Shown: positions 63,809 through 64,000 of the stretch, one piece after another | Layout of the letters: the number at the start of each line of letters is the position of its first letter | Numbering within the stretch: position 1 is the stretch's first letter | From: Azolla caroliniana | Taxonomy: Eukaryota > Plantae > Polypodiophyta | NCBI GenBank assembly: GCA_043228905.1 | Contig: JBHGNT010000003.1 | Location: forward strand, 23,126,001-23,190,000 | DNA length: 64,000 bases | Direction: 5' to 3' | Program-made: the position numbers and the translations under genes | The notes under the pieces: generated by a model | Told to the model about the DNA's origin: nothing | Seen by the model: only the letters and a program-made list of their open reading frames with translations | Database searches by the model: none

Positions 63809-64000
63809 AGGCTGGACCGGTTTTCTCCGTCCCAACACAATTGGCGCATGCCGGTGGATGCGCGGTTAGGTGGGGGCGGATGTCGTGAAGAAAACCGTCC
63901 ACAAGCGGAATCGGTGTACCGGAGCGTAGAAACCGACTCTTCATGCACGTGCGCCTTAAGTTGTACATAGGAGATCCTAGGTAGATTCGGTAGGTAGGGA

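Larger units (their letters stand above)
56903..64000 (+). mobile_element. Young Ty3/gypsy (non-chromovirus) element B
   Basis: 5' LTR 56903-57546; tRNA-Trp-type PBS TGGTGAACCTGACGTGAA 57551-57568; PPT 63868-63880; 3' LTR from 63881, identical to the 5' LTR over the 120 bp visible. Confidence 0.97.

Overview
Eukaryotic land-plant genomic DNA. A fern or other non-seed plant is inferred from the TE lineages but not provable from the sequence. Most of the window is nested transposons. Host-type genes: two ~96%-identical three-exon SABATH methyltransferase genes (9008-10543 and 41676-43211, minus) inside a ~6-7 kb duplicated block; an intact intronless BLE2-like TM+ARM gene (23303-25702, minus) plus a shattered paralogue split by a copia insertion (about 1150-1222 and 6629-6750); and a TORNADO1-like Roc remnant. 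Two elements carry captured host sequence. A hAT element with perfect TIRs and TSD (16339-18837) holds a complete ubiquitin-RPS27a ORF. A small non-autonomous LTR element (34906-37544) holds a spliced, internally deleted CDPK-related kinase copy and has a tRNA-Arg PBS-like sequence at both internal ends with no polypurine tract. The right third contains a Sola2-like DNA transposon whose transposase intron is a palindromic satellite, interrupted by nested tRNA-Trp-primed Ty3/gypsy elements with a gag-PR / -1 frameshift / pol layout. All alignments and translations beyond the supplied ORF track were done by eye.
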